A stretch of DNA of 64,000 bases, from positions 14,260,001 through 14,324,000 of the forward strand of contig CP075495.1 of the NCBI GenBank assembly GCA_021613535.1, read 5' to 3'. Below, piece after piece: positions 25,532 through 38,503 of this stretch (position 1 is the stretch's first letter; each line of letters starts with the position of its first letter). This stretch comes from Adineta vaga (lineage: Eukaryota; Animalia; Rotifera). The notes under the pieces are model-generated. The model ran no database searches. It was not told the origin of the DNA and saw only the letters and a program-made list of their open reading frames with translations. A program made the translations under genes and the position numbers.

Positions 25532-26510
25532 ATGAATGCAATATTCAATACAAACGTTGACGTAAATATCTATTCAATTTTTCTCATTAATTTAATTTCT
25601 TTTTAATCTACTTTGTAGTTTAAACCATATATTCCACGAAAGAAATCATCAACTCGATTAGATGATTCTTATCGAATATTTCATATAACAAGAAAACAAG
25701 AAGAAGAAAGTGATGACGATGATGATGATGGGAAGAATACGAATGGTCATCGCCATATGCATATCATCAATGAGGATGAACATAAAACTTCAAAACCTCA
25801 AAGAAAATCAGTTAAAGGATCTGATCGACATGGTTTTGTAGGTTAAAGATTCTTCTCGATATAAAAGTAATTTGTAATTACGTTTTAGGATGGATGGAAA
25901 CGAAAAAGTACGAAAAATAAACGTTTATTATTTCTTCATAAAACATCATGTGAATCAACATCGAATGAAGCAAAAACTCCTCCATCACCAATTCAAATAA
26001 CAAATGATATATCTCCATCAATCATATCTGTAAATAATTACTCTTTTATCTGCATATTTATTGAAAGAAAATTAATTTATGTAGAATGATGCAGCATCAA
26101 TTCAATTATTAAAAAAAGATAAAAAACAAACGAATGAACAACAACGACATGATGGTCAATCATTTGAATCCGATGGGTTAAGCGAACCTATTGATGAAAC
26201 GTTGAATAATTTACTTGCTCGAGCTGATCAATTAGAAACAACAGTGAAACAACAAGTTCGTTGAAATATTTCTTTCTATGACTAAAGAAGGAGATTTTTA
26301 TCATTTGTTTTCTAGGATTTCAATAAAATTCAACGTGTATCACGAATAAATATTCAACGAAAACGATGTCTAATTATTTGCAGTACTATTCTCATAGCTA
26401 TAACAATTACTATTGCGATTATAATAATTGTAATAATCATGATGTTAAAACATAGAACATATAACGATCGAGTGGTAAAACCATCATTAATTTATGATAC
26501 ATTTCGATAA
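25532..26510 (+). CDS. Single-pass C-terminally anchored protein with a weak R-SNARE/VAMP-like juxtamembrane segment, 5 exons
   Basis: Five phase-0 exons form an open frame with an acidic EEESDDDDDD tract, LNNLLARADQLETTVKQQ, a basic RKR and a ~25-aa hydrophobic segment near the C-terminus. Confidence 0.65.
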
Positions 26511-27413
26511 TATTTCATGTTGTTGGTTTTATTTTTGTTCTTATAACTATCTGTGTATTACTGTTTTACATAATAAATATGAGATTCTTTATGTGTTGAT
26601 AAAAGAATGCGAAGTACTATCAATAGGCATTTTATATCGAAAACGAGTTTTCGATTGTTTGTATAAATAGTTTAGGCAATGATTTGTTGTAAGATTTTCT
26701 TTGTATTTTATTGTATAGATAGGTTAAATCCTTTGGGTATTTTGATTTTTTGAATTTGATAATTGAATGTCAATACAAATTGAACAATCATTGATAGGAA
26801 ATTCTACAAAGCTTTTATTCGTCATATATAGACTCTAATTATTTTCGATACTATCTGAATGAGAGCCAGTGAATTTAAAAAGATACTTTATGTGTATCTA
26901 ACTCGTTTACCCTCAATGATGTACTCATACAATCGTGTCATACCATCTAACTTGTTGTATACGTCGAGTATTCAAGCGTAATAATATTTGTTCCACTGTA
27001 GTACGATTTATTTTAATATATTCTTGATAATAGAAACGGTGACTCAAATACATGTCTGCTTTCTGCATTCTTGTTTGGATAGTTTTGAAATTTTTCTAGT
27101 GAAGTATTCATCGTTCAGTGAACTTTATTGAGAAATGATTTTTCTAAAACTGGTAAAGATACCCATTCAGATGTACAAGTTAAAGTTCATCTTCAATGAC
27201 AAAATATATAAATAATATCAATTCTAATAAATGATATTAGTTTTCTAGAAAATTTAGCAATTCCCTTCTTTTTCCAGGCAACTTTTCTCTGTATACAATG
27301 TGTCTGCTTAATTAAAAAAAGGCATTTTGTTTTCGAATTTGAGTTTCATATATTTTATTTCAATTTGTGTTTACACATTTATATATTTTTCAAGTACTGA
27401 TGTTGAAGAGTTC

Positions 27414-27993
27414 TTAAAAGAAGCCAAGAAAAGGCATGGTTGGTGGGATCCATGCTTTTAAATTAGCCATTCGCTTTTCAATGCTAGCAAGTACATCATT
27501 GACTTTGCCTTGAACTTGTTGAAGTTCTTCTAATGTAAATGATGATGATAGACTTGAAGATTTCTTAACGGCTGTTTGTCCTGTTGTTGGCATTCCGATC
27601 ATACGATCAATTTCTTGTTGAATAACATCATGTGTAATTTCAAAGCATTTATTTAAAAATGTAAGTACTTTGATTTTATCTGCAACTTCTCTTTGACGTC
27701 CAACAAGATTTTCAATGAAGTTTTCACTTGATTTTATCGATGAAACGTATCTAAGATTTATTCAGGAAAGAAAATCTTTTTTTATAGAACACCAAGTGAT
27801 CTTACTTGATGATTTGTGTTATAACAGGAATCATTCGATTTTGACCATCAGATGAAGGCATTGCATTAGTTTCATCTTGATTAACAGATGAAAAAAGTAA
27901 TGGTATGAATTGATCAGGTCCATTGATTGTTCGACTATGAGCCGTCATTACAAACGAAGCAATAAGAAAAAGAAATGTTGTTGATGATAACAT
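27414..27993 (-). CDS. Secreted orphan helical protein, 2 exons
   Basis: Signal-peptide-like MLSSTTFLFLIASFVMTAHS. A GTAAG...TAG intron (~27752-27805) joins the two ORFs in frame. Confidence 0.7.
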
Positions 27994-29548
27994 GATTGAG
28001 ACCGGTGTGAAGAAAAAGTATGAACTGATAATATGCCGTTACATCTTCACTCAACATGAATATATATATATATATATCAATCGGCAACGATGTTTTTCTA
28101 TTCAACCTTTGTTATCTATCGATTTCAAACGGAAATTAATTAAAAGTAAGAAATGAATCCGTTCATGGTAATGATGAACAAGTTCCGCAGTAAAATGATG
28201 GTTTTCCATTTTATGACGTGTTCGAAACAAAAAAAGTGATTAAACGTCATTCATATAGAAAAGAATAGATTGTATGTTATGATGTGAAAATCGGGATAAT
28301 AGCTGATAATGATTTTCCATATAATATTTCCATATGGAAGTATGCATTAATTAATATCAAGAAAGGAAAAGTAGTTCTTGTCATGCATTCTATTGATATA
28401 GATTTTAAAAAAAACGAATTGCCACTTAAATCTGATTTATTCATCTAGAATTGTATGAACTCTATCTTATGTTCTTTTATCGCTACTTCGAAAATTATAA
28501 ATATGATCAATGAATGAACCAAAATAGTCTGCTGATTCTCGGACATGATCGATAATTTTATTATAAATGATGTAATGATAGTTGCGCATATCTCGCTTAA
28601 GTTGATTGAAAAGTTACTTTAACCAGACTCGTCAAAGACTTTTATCGAATCACTGGGAATAATAATACAATGATGAATTTTGAGATTTGTTTATGGCAAA
28701 CAGTTGATCAAGAAAAACAGTGAACTAGGTCAGAAATACCTTCGTAGTTATTGAAGTATTTAGTCTGAAAAATGGTCCCGGATTAATTAGAATTAATCGC
28801 CGTTGTCATAGATTTTAGAGAAACAGACTTTTAGATCATCTTCGAAAATGTATGGATTAAATCCGCGTGATTTAGAATCGACAATGAACGTCATGATGAC
28901 TTCATAAATGAATAATTCATCGATTGAGATAGACGTGTGAGAGTGAATAAGCTAAAGAAAGATAAAACTTCTTTCCAAGAACTATTTGTTAATACTAATC
29001 TATACATAATATTCTTTAGAAATTATTCATATTTTTATAACAATGTGATTGATATATCATTGGTTATTGAATCAGAATGTATGAGAAACTGCCGTCTAAA
29101 AAATTTCTGATCTTTTCGATCAGAATCTCTTACATATATTGAAATAAATATTTCTCAGTATTCTTTTTCTGAAAAAGATTTCTGAAGCTACAGACATTCC
29201 TAATATCATCTAATTTTCTCTCTCTCCAAAACCATCATCATCCTTATATTTAGATAGAATAGTTCCTATCGATTCTATTCGACTATCAACTAAATATTCT
29301 TGTAATGCTATTTGTAGTTTCGTCTTTTTAGAGTATATTGATCGGTTCCAAATATCAGATACAGACAAGTACGATTTAAAAAAAAAGTTTATTTTATATG
29401 CATGCCTGCTATATTAAAAAAAAGTCATAAATGAGATCATTTTTATCACAAAAATATTTAGAAAAAAACAGTTCCAATCAAAGATCATTTCAAACTCGCT
29501 GGAATATTGATAAATAGCTTGTTTAAATCACAAATAACATTCAACAAT

Positions 29549-30861
29549 TTATTGTTTTGGTTTTTTTCGGCTGAATTCTGGATGATTACTTAAATTATCT
29601 AAAAATACTTTTGGTTCTATTTTTTGTTCACAGATAAGATGTGCATCACGGAAAAGTGGATATTCATCCAAAAGATTTTTCGATTGAAGATAACGATATA
29701 CTTCTTTGGCAGTACCAGGTCCTTGTAATGATTGTCCTTTAAGATCTTCTTTTTCAATATCTTTCAAAGATTTCTTTGTTTCAGTCATTTTCTTTGCGCC
29801 ATTATAATTTCTTCCACCTAACGATGAAGCAATAAGATCGGCTATACCACATGATTCCAGAAAAATATCTGGTGACGATTCTTTTTTATGTAAACGACAG
29901 AAATTAATCATTTCACGAAAACCTAAACGAAGAATCTAGAAAAAGCAACCAAAGTAAGACGTTGTGAAAGTCGAATGAAAAGAAATGAAATCCTACCGCA
30001 GCACGAGTATTACATCCTGCTTGTAAACCTTCAGAAAAACCGGCTAACATCGACACAATATTTTTCAAAGCACCTAACATTTCAATAATTTCTACATCAG
30101 GATAAAATCGTAGACGAAACACAGGCGTATCAATTAATTCTCGAATCATTTCACTGTATTTATCATCACGAGAACCAACAGTTGCTTCACAGAAGACTTT
30201 TTCAGCTACTTCATTAGCAATATTTGCTAGAATAAAATTTCCTCTTCGATTGTATAGGCCAATTCTTATTACATACCTCCCATCATACTAAGACATGGAA
30301 TATTCAATGTATTTTTAATAATTTCCGAGACCAATAAAAGTTCATTGGTTTTTTCGTCAACATAAAATCCCTAAGTATTAAATGAAATATTAAAAGTAAA
30401 GAATAAAAGAATTTAAACTGTTCTAACTTTGATTAATGTTAATGCAAAAACATCTTTTTTAACTTTGCCTTTTAATTGTTCACAAGTTTCTTTAACAAAC
30501 TGATGTGGAATAACAAAGATTAAAATATCGGCATCTTTTACTGTTTCAATCAGATCAGGTATAGCAATAACATTTTCAGGAATCTTTTTATCTGGTAAAT
30601 ATTTTACATTTTCATGTTCTTCATTGATAACTTTAGTTAATTTTCTTCCATCATCTAATGTTTCTTCTTTACACCACATCAAAATTCGTTCATTATATTT
30701 GCCTTTTAATTCACGAACTTTCTCCCCAATATGACCAGCACTAGATGAACATGAATTATATTTATAGATGAAGAAGATATAATAAAGAAAAACACTTACA
30801 TTGCACTACCCCAATTACCTGATCCAACAAGTGCAACATTTTTTGGTGATGACGATGTCAT
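29549..30861 (-). CDS. GPD1: Glycerol-3-phosphate dehydrogenase [NAD+], cytosolic
   Basis: VALVGSGNWGSAI, INEEHENVKYLP, ILIFVIPHQF, LVLMGGNIANEVA, GALKNIV, ESCGIADLI and GGRN. Confidence 0.93.
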
Positions 30862-31181
30862 AATACCTGAATTGTATACTAAAACAAATTTAAAGTCGAA
30901 AATACTTTTCATCGAAGTCTTATTTCGCTTCAAACTTCGATATAGAAGAATTTTATAAAAATATTTTGAATAATAAGTTTAGGATATTTTTTTTATTACA
31001 TATGAATTACATTCGTTTGATTTCTATGTTTTGCTCTTTGTATATCATTTCTCTGAAGTATAACAGATACATAGATGAAGGAAAACAATCTGAACCGTTG
31101 AAGAATAATAAAAAGAAAGAAAACAACAAAAATTAATAATCAATTTACAACAACTAAGGAATGTTTGATAGAATTGATAAT

Positions 31182-32287
31182 TTATTCTTGATTTGTTCTT
31201 TGACGAAGATGATTGATGTTGAATCCACGTAAAAATAATGTGTAGATAATCATACCAAATAATAAAACATATCCAACAGCAATCGATATGGAATAAACTG
31301 GTGTTTTTGTTCCATTTAATAATGTCTAGAATTATTTAATATTGATATTTGAAAGAAAAAGTGAAAAATCAATGACTTACAATACAAGAGAAAAGCATAT
31401 GCGTAAGAAGAACAATACCGGGACCAAGAATTCGATGCATACCACCTTTGTCAAGTGAGGTAAAGAAAATGACACCCCAAAATGTATTCAATAGAATAAT
31501 ACATAGTGTCAGAAAAGCTAAAATAGATATATCAATGAGTGCAGTTTCTTTCTTAATACGTCATTGGATAAGCGAAACACCTTTTGAATATGTCATTGAG
31601 ACAGTGAGTAATAACTATATTCATTCTTTTTCAAAATAAAAGAAGGGTGTGGCAAAGTTTGCTTATTTATTTACCTGTCGCAATAAAAAAATCTTGAGAA
31701 TGTCCAAATATACCAATCGTTCCTGGACCAATCATATCACTAAGAACATTGACAATCGCAAATGTTCCACTAATCAAACCGAATCCATAACCAGACGCTA
31801 AAATATAGATTGAAATAAACATAAAGGTTTTATCTTTTTCTTCGTACCATAAGCAACAGCAAATCGATCGAAAACCATTCCTTTTGCTGTTAATTCTTGC
31901 AATTGTACTTTTTGTAAAGCAACTTCCGCTTTTCTAATTATAAATTTAAAATAAAATTTAAAAACCAATCAAATCCTTACTTAATAACACGATAAAATAA
32001 ATATCGAAAGATTTCTTGAAATATAACAGCAAATGGTACAGCAAAAGCTAATTGTTCCCGTAATGGTACAACAGCAAACCAAAGTAATGATGATATAAGT
32101 AATGACATAAGCCAAAAAAATGCACTAAAAATATAAATAATCAATGAAAGAAGATTTCATTTTCTTTATTATACCTTGTCATAGAAATGATTATACGAAA
32201 TGGATGATGTGCAATTGTAAAGACAAACATTGAAAATGGTACACCATATGCAATCAGTGTACATCCAGCACATTCCATGATAGTCAT
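31182..32287 (-). CDS. APH1: Gamma-secretase subunit APH-1, 6 exons
   Basis: MTIMECAGCTLIAYGVPFSMFVFTIAHHPFRII, AFFWLMSLLISSLLW, IFQEIFRY, SGYGFGLISG and GPGTIGIFGHS. Confidence 0.92.
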
Positions 32288-33020
32288 TTTTTTAAATTTT
32301 ATTTTCCTATCTAAAATGATATATTTAAATTGAAATCTCTCATTTCTATCTACGAAACCAAACAGCAATAGATATCGTTGTTGTATATTTTAAATGGAAG
32401 AAAACGATTCTTTTAAGTAGTAGCCTGAATACGATTATCAACAAAATGAGGTTCAACTAAATGTTTCATACGTTCAAACCATGGTTGAATTTTTGTATTA
32501 TTCATAAGATCTTGAAATGCTTCAGTACCTTGAATAGCTGTTAGAATACCATAAACATTTAAATCAGCAAGATTTGATTCAGATTCACCTAAAATGACAG
32601 AGAAGATATCATCTTTGAGATTATATTTCTTTTATAAACGTTCTGTTACACCTTGTATAATAATTGTACCAACATAATCAATAATCCAACGTTGATATCG
32701 TGGATAAAATTTGTTTTCGATCTTTACTAATATTTCATGCACTAACATTAATTAGACATTGTTCTTGCCAACAATCGTGATGATTGAAAGAGAAATTTTC
32801 GTCGTACGAAAGAAGAAGATTGTAATGTTCGACTTGTTGAGATCAGTAGAAAAGACATACTTGCTCTTTGTTTGTCAAGAAAAGCATGTAGAGGTGTAAA
32901 ATCTTTTTACTTGCTTTGCAAAACGAAGAAAAAACTAGTCATATTCTTTCATAAACAGAATAGAAATCTTGACCAACTAGAATGATATGGAAGAAAGATG
33001 TCGCACATATACTCTTTCAA
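32176..33020. repeat. Tandem segmental duplication, copy A (partner 35547-37610)
   Basis: A 420-bp tract (32176-32595 vs 35547-35966) differs at about 4 positions. The upstream block TCTTGACCAACTAGAATG...GATGTCGCACATATACTCTTTCAA is shared at ~32966-33020 and ~37556-37609. Confidence 0.9.
32413..32858 (-). pseudogene. PTGES2: Internally deleted, decayed duplicate of PTGES2 (last exon intact; fragments of the penultimate exon and exon 1 diverged)
   Basis: 32413-32595 is nearly identical to 35784-35966. 32650-32715 resembles 36185-36246 and 32790-32860 resembles 37375-37442. The central exons with the CPFC motif are absent. Confidence 0.8.
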
Positions 33021-34319
33021 GAAAATCGTTGTTGAATAAAAGAATTCATACATATACTATTTACTTTCACTGTGAATTTTTATTATGAATAACTTCAAAA
33101 GTTATTTTCTTTAAAACAAAATCGTTGAATTTTATTTATTGGAATATGTTACTTGCGCCAAATAATTTCAAATGTGTTGATGAATTATCTCATGAATTCA
33201 TTCAGAGCTATTTTAGCGCACCATACAAGCCAATTCCAGAAGGTTCACGAAAACCTGGAGAAATTTGGTTTTGTGTCACATTGTATTGATACTTATCAAC
33301 GTGACCTTAAATAGGAAAATGTCTGTTCAATTTAGTCATTATGAGAGTACTTTCTGTTTTACTTTCTTTTAAATAAGATTAAATAAAGAGTTTTATTTTC
33401 ATATAAACTGTAGACGTAATAAGAAAAAAGTTAATAATCATAATCAAGAAAGATCTTTTTGTCATATTCATATAAAAAATAAATGAAAAGAAACAATTCT
33501 TTATAATGAAAAATATATCATCTAACCATTTGAATATTGTATCGTATATCATTACTGTTTATTCGGTTTTGTAAAGAAAATCTACTGTGTTTTTTTATTA
33601 ATATCTTTACATTCTAGTAATAATCAAATGAATAAATTGTTTGAGTTAATTCTGTTAGTATATAAACGAATCAAGTGATTACAATTAAACATGGGATTAA
33701 TTGTTGATAGATCATTTAAATGAATAGATGATCGAAGTGCTGCATCAATAATACGGGAACTTGTTTATTTTGAAAAATGACAACTAAGTAATGAAATCCA
33801 TTTTTTCATTTGCTTTCCATATTATCGAACTGTTTCATTTAAATATCAATATCATTGATTGATAGTCGAAAAACACACGTTAAATGACAGCAATAGTGAT
33901 TGATACACATTGCGACAGAAATCTATTCTTCAAATAAAAATAAAACGAAACCAGATGCAAGCGAATAATACGATCGATTGATATTGATGTTTGAAGATTG
34001 AGAAGGGCTTTAATATTCTCGTGAATATCTCAATTTACATGAGAACAAATCGCGATTGGTTATTGATTACCAATTAAATGAAAGGACCAATATCATCTTC
34101 AGATGATTCAAACTCATCCTTACTCTTCGTTCATTATCAATCGTTATCTAAATATACCTGTGTTTTTTCCTTTGTTCAATAACACGAAACTTTATCATAT
34201 TCGTTCGCCTATTTTTATTCTTTAGTCGTAAAAAAATCTATGTTGTGAAATCAAAATCTAATAAGTCATTTTTATTGATTAATCTGAATTATTGTACAAA
34301 TATAAAAAGGCAAAAACGA

Positions 34320-35250
34320 TCATTTTAAAATTTTCATTATGACCATTCCAAGAAAAACGCAAGCAATGGCTGCTCCAATATGACTTAAGTGCAGTTCAGG
34401 AAATTGTTGGCTTCGATTATGTTGATGAACTTGATCAGGTTGCATCGGTGGTGCTTGATTCTGTTCAAGAGCTTGACCAGATTGAACCGATGGTGTTTCA
34501 TTATGTTGATGAACTTGACCAGATTGAATCGGTGGTGCTTGATTAGGTTGAAAAATTGGCATTTGTGGAGGAACAATAATATATCGACGCTAGAATAAAA
34601 GAGATCAGTCATTCTTCAAAACAGAATAGAAGTATGGTACTTACAGATGTTTCACCAATATTTAAATCTTCAATGAATTCAATATCATCGGCCAAGTCAT
34701 CATCGGTACATATCCACAGGAAAAAAAAGAGAAAACTGAATAAAAACAGTTTGTTGAAAGAACCGATTTATGGTCGTTCCCAGGTCGAAAAATCCGAGCC
34801 GGATCCGGTCGGAACCAGAACATTCCGGTCATTTCATGGAAGCAGGATTCCGACCCGGATATTTTCGGACTTTTCCACTCGCTTCTGACTAACTTCCAGT
34901 AAGTTCCAGTCGGAAAACGACTGGAATTCACCAGAACAGTCCGAGAAATTCCGATCGGAATACTGCTTCCACTCTCCTTTTTTTTCCGGTTGGAACCTTT
35001 TGGAACTAGCTGGAACCGTCCGGAATATCCTCGGAAAGGCGTGATTTCTGGCAGGTTCCTTTCGGATCCGGAGGCCGGAACGTCCGTTCTGGGTTGTTAC
35101 GAATATCAGCATTAACATATTGGAGAGGTGGTGATTCAAGAGCTGGATCTAAAATTTATCATAAATTAGTCCCTTTTATCGATTCAGATTCATATTAAAC
35201 TTACCAAGACGCAATTCACAACTATTTGCTTTCGTATATTCCATGGCCAT
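34320..35250 (-). CDS. Putative orphan tail-anchored Q/P-rich protein with three 14-aa (42-bp) repeats
   Basis: The last exon encodes NQAPPIQSGQVHQH / NETPSVQSGQALEQ / NQAPPMQPDQVHQH plus a C-terminal hydrophobic helix. Upstream small exons have GTAAG donors, but the exon-3 phase is unresolved. Confidence 0.45.
34779..35093. mobile_element. MITE-like non-autonomous DNA transposon (CCCAG...CTGGG termini, probable 2-bp TT TSD; CMC/EnSpm-like)
   Basis: GC-rich 315-bp island with imperfect TIRs CCCAGGTCGAAAAATCCGAGCCGGATCCG / CGGATCCGGAGGCCGGAACGTCCGTTCTGGG, TT on both flanks and many internal TCCG/CGGA motifs. Confidence 0.7.
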
Positions 35251-35546
35251 TGTTGATTGTTTTTTAGTCCGATAAATTTATTCGATGTTATGTAGAATCC
35301 ATATGTGTGATCATATATATACGTACATAGTCACATCGTGATCGACTAGAAAAGAAAGAAAGTTATGAATGCTATACTTTAATTTGGCGAAAGATAGTTT
35401 AGACAGAAAATCCTCATGTACAGCGCAGAACGCAAGAGAGAAACAATATTACGACGCTACTGAACATAAGAACAAAAAACAAATGTACTTACTTTACTCG
35501 ATCATATTGCGTCGAACTGATTTGCTGAAAATTCTTTTTTAATTCT

Positions 35547-35658
35547 TTGTCATAGAAATGATTATACGAAATGGATGATGTGCAATTGTAAAGACAAACA
35601 TTGAAAATGGTACACCATATGCAATGAGTGTACATCCAGCACATTCCATGATAGTCAT
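35547..35658 (-). pseudogene. APH1: Orphaned duplicate of APH-1 exon 1 (no splice donor, no downstream exons)
   Basis: Near-identical to 32176-32287. Similarity stops at the exon-1 donor and the frame ends at TKN*. Confidence 0.8.
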
Positions 35659-35783
35659 TTTTTTAAATTTTATTTTCCTATCTAAAATGATATATTTAAA
35701 TTGAAATCTCTCATTTCTATCTACGAAACCAAACAGCAATAGATATCGTTGTTGTATATTTTAAATGGAAGAAAACGATTCTT

Positions 35784-37440
35784 TTAAGTAGTAGCCTGAA
35801 TACGATTATCAACAAAATGAGGTTCAACTAAATGTTTCATACGTTCAAACCATGGTTGAATTTTTGTATTATTCATAAGATCTTGAAATGCTTCAGTACC
35901 TTGAATAGCTGTTAAAATACCATAAACATTTAAATCAGCAAGATTTGGTTCAGATCCACCTAAAATTGAAAAACAGTTTTTTGATAGTTTAATGAATACT
36001 TGAACGAGTTATCTTTCATTCATCGATTATTAAAGATATATATATATATATGTGAGTATGTCAAAATCTTACCAAGAAAATTCTTCTTTCCAACTGCTTT
36101 AACCCATTCATTTCCACATTCATATAAAGAAATTCGAACATCATCATTGAGATTGTATTTCTTTCTTAAACGTCCTGCTACACCTCGCATAACAATAGCG
36201 CCAACATAAACAATAATCCAACGTTGATACCATGGAAATATTTGTTCCCAATCACCAGCTTGTGAAAACCAACGAAATGTATTCAATGATTGTCTTAACG
36301 TACAATAAATATTTGGTGATAATGTATGAACAAATTTCGTATCAACCCATTCACGCCATTTACGTTCTAATCTATATTGTTCACTTGATTTATTATAAAT
36401 TGTTTTCTCCTTTTTACCAATATGTCCAGAACCAATATTAACTAGACCTTGTTCATTTTTTGGTTTTGATCTTGAAAATAATCGTGCTGAAAAAGAAACG
36501 AAATCATGTTCAAATTAAAATCATTCTTTCGTGATTACCGAAAAATGATTCTGATGATGGATTGTCAGCAGTTATTGTTGTCTGATTATCAGCAGCATCA
36601 TTTTTCGTCTTTTCTGTTTGAACTTGTTTTGTTGGATCCAATCGATCATTTACTAATGGTTCAGTAAGAAAATATTTATTTGGATAATTAAATGATAATT
36701 TCCCTTTTTCATCTTTTTCAATTACGGCTTGATATAATTTTGATACATTTTCAAATCGTTTTGTTGGCATACGTAAATATGATTCAATAGCAGATATAAT
36801 CATACTTGAGTCATTCAATTGAATTTCTTCATTTTCGACAACAAGAATTGGAACTTTTTTATACAATGACCATTTGGTTTCAGAACGCATTACACTATTA
36901 ACTTCAACGATATTATATGGTATCCGATTGTAATTGAGAAATGCACGAACTTTACAACAGAATGGACTATAATAAAAAATTAAGATATAAAAATTGAAAG
37001 ATTATTTGACAGATAAAAATAAGAACAAACCATGTCACATATTGATAAAGTGTTAATTTAAATGGGAAATTTTCTCTTGGTAATTCATCAAATGTAATAT
37101 GTTTTGTAACAGGTGGTGGTACTGGTCGAGCTTCCATTGCTTTACGTTCGAGTACTTCAGTATTGGACATATATTCAGGCATGAGACCTTCATATCTTTG
37201 CGATTGACGCAATGTATAGACTGCACCAATGGCGACTCCAGCAGCAATGGACAATAGATAATAACGATATCGACGACGAGGATTCGATGTTGGATAATCA
37301 CCTGTAGTGTGTTGATTTTGAGCACGAGGAATCTCAGAATTAATTTGAGTCGATAACAATCGTGATGTTTGTAAGAAAAATTGTTTTCGTACGAAAGGAG
37401 ATTGTAATGTTCGACTCGCTGAGATGAGTAGGAAAGACAT
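35784..37440 (-). CDS. PTGES2: Microsomal prostaglandin E synthase 2 (glutaredoxin/GST-like)
   Basis: LTLYQYVT|CPFCCKVRAFL, YKKVPIL, QLNDSSMIISAI, WVDTKFVHTLSPNIY and GGSEPNLADLNVYGIL. Confidence 0.92.
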
Positions 37441-38503
37441 GTTTGTCTTTTTTTATTAAGAAAAAGAAAACGTAGACTTGAAGTCTTTTGCTTCGTTATG
37501 CAGATTGTAGATGTAGAGTAGAAAAAGAAGAAGGAATTATATTTATAGTTAAAATTCTTGACCAACTAGAATGGTATGAAAGATAGATGTCGCACATATA
37601 CTCTTTCAACAATATTCATTATTATATTTTCATTAAAGCGAATGATTATAATCATTCTGATTGATGACGATTTAATCTCTCGCAAAAGTGTATCCTGATA
37701 GTATATGTTATTTATTTTTTCCTTACTTTTAATATCATTCTTTTACTCATGCAAAACATATCTATATCGCTATGAGTAATTGAATTTCTTCAATTTGAAC
37801 TCAACGATCATTTCAATTACGTCAATTGTTAACAATAAGAAAGAGAAGGAAGGATTTACAAGTTATGTGATATAGTTACAAATGTTAACAATTGAATAAG
37901 ATTAAAACGGAAGATTCTTGTCACACCTTAGATCAATAAAACTTAATCTCTTGAAAACGTGTATCGCATTAATGAAAAAAAAATAATCATAATCATATTC
38001 AGTTGATTATATAAGGAGATGACAATCTTCAGTTTCAACTAAATTTGTGTCGTCAGTACAAAAACTTCAAAAAACATGTAAGTAATATCTAATGTAGTGT
38101 AGTCGAAAGAAAACAAACATTCTATTCAATCGCAAACTTTGGTACATGTTGGTATTTTCTAAAAATTATTCGAACCAAAAATAAGATGAAGCCGTGCACT
38201 GAATAGGTACACTTAATAGGATGACATAAGAATTGAATTTCATATGAAAATGATATTATTGACAAAGGTTATCTCTTTATAAAATACGCATAATGATCAT
38301 TAGCATAAGAAAAAAGAATAAGTTAGACATTTTCAAAGATGACAGAGTTAAGAAGAACCTTTACAATCGAATATTTCCACCATACTGTCAAGGAATGTTT
38401 ACATTCCAAAGTTCGAAATAGATTGTATGAATAAGAACATGACTATTTAAGACTTAGATCGACGATCTTCGATAATTGGTAGATTGATTAAAGAAAAACA
38501 ATC

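Noticed and set aside
34634-35139. ORFs overlapping the GC-rich island
   Set aside because: They arise from MITE sequence and have no transposase motifs.
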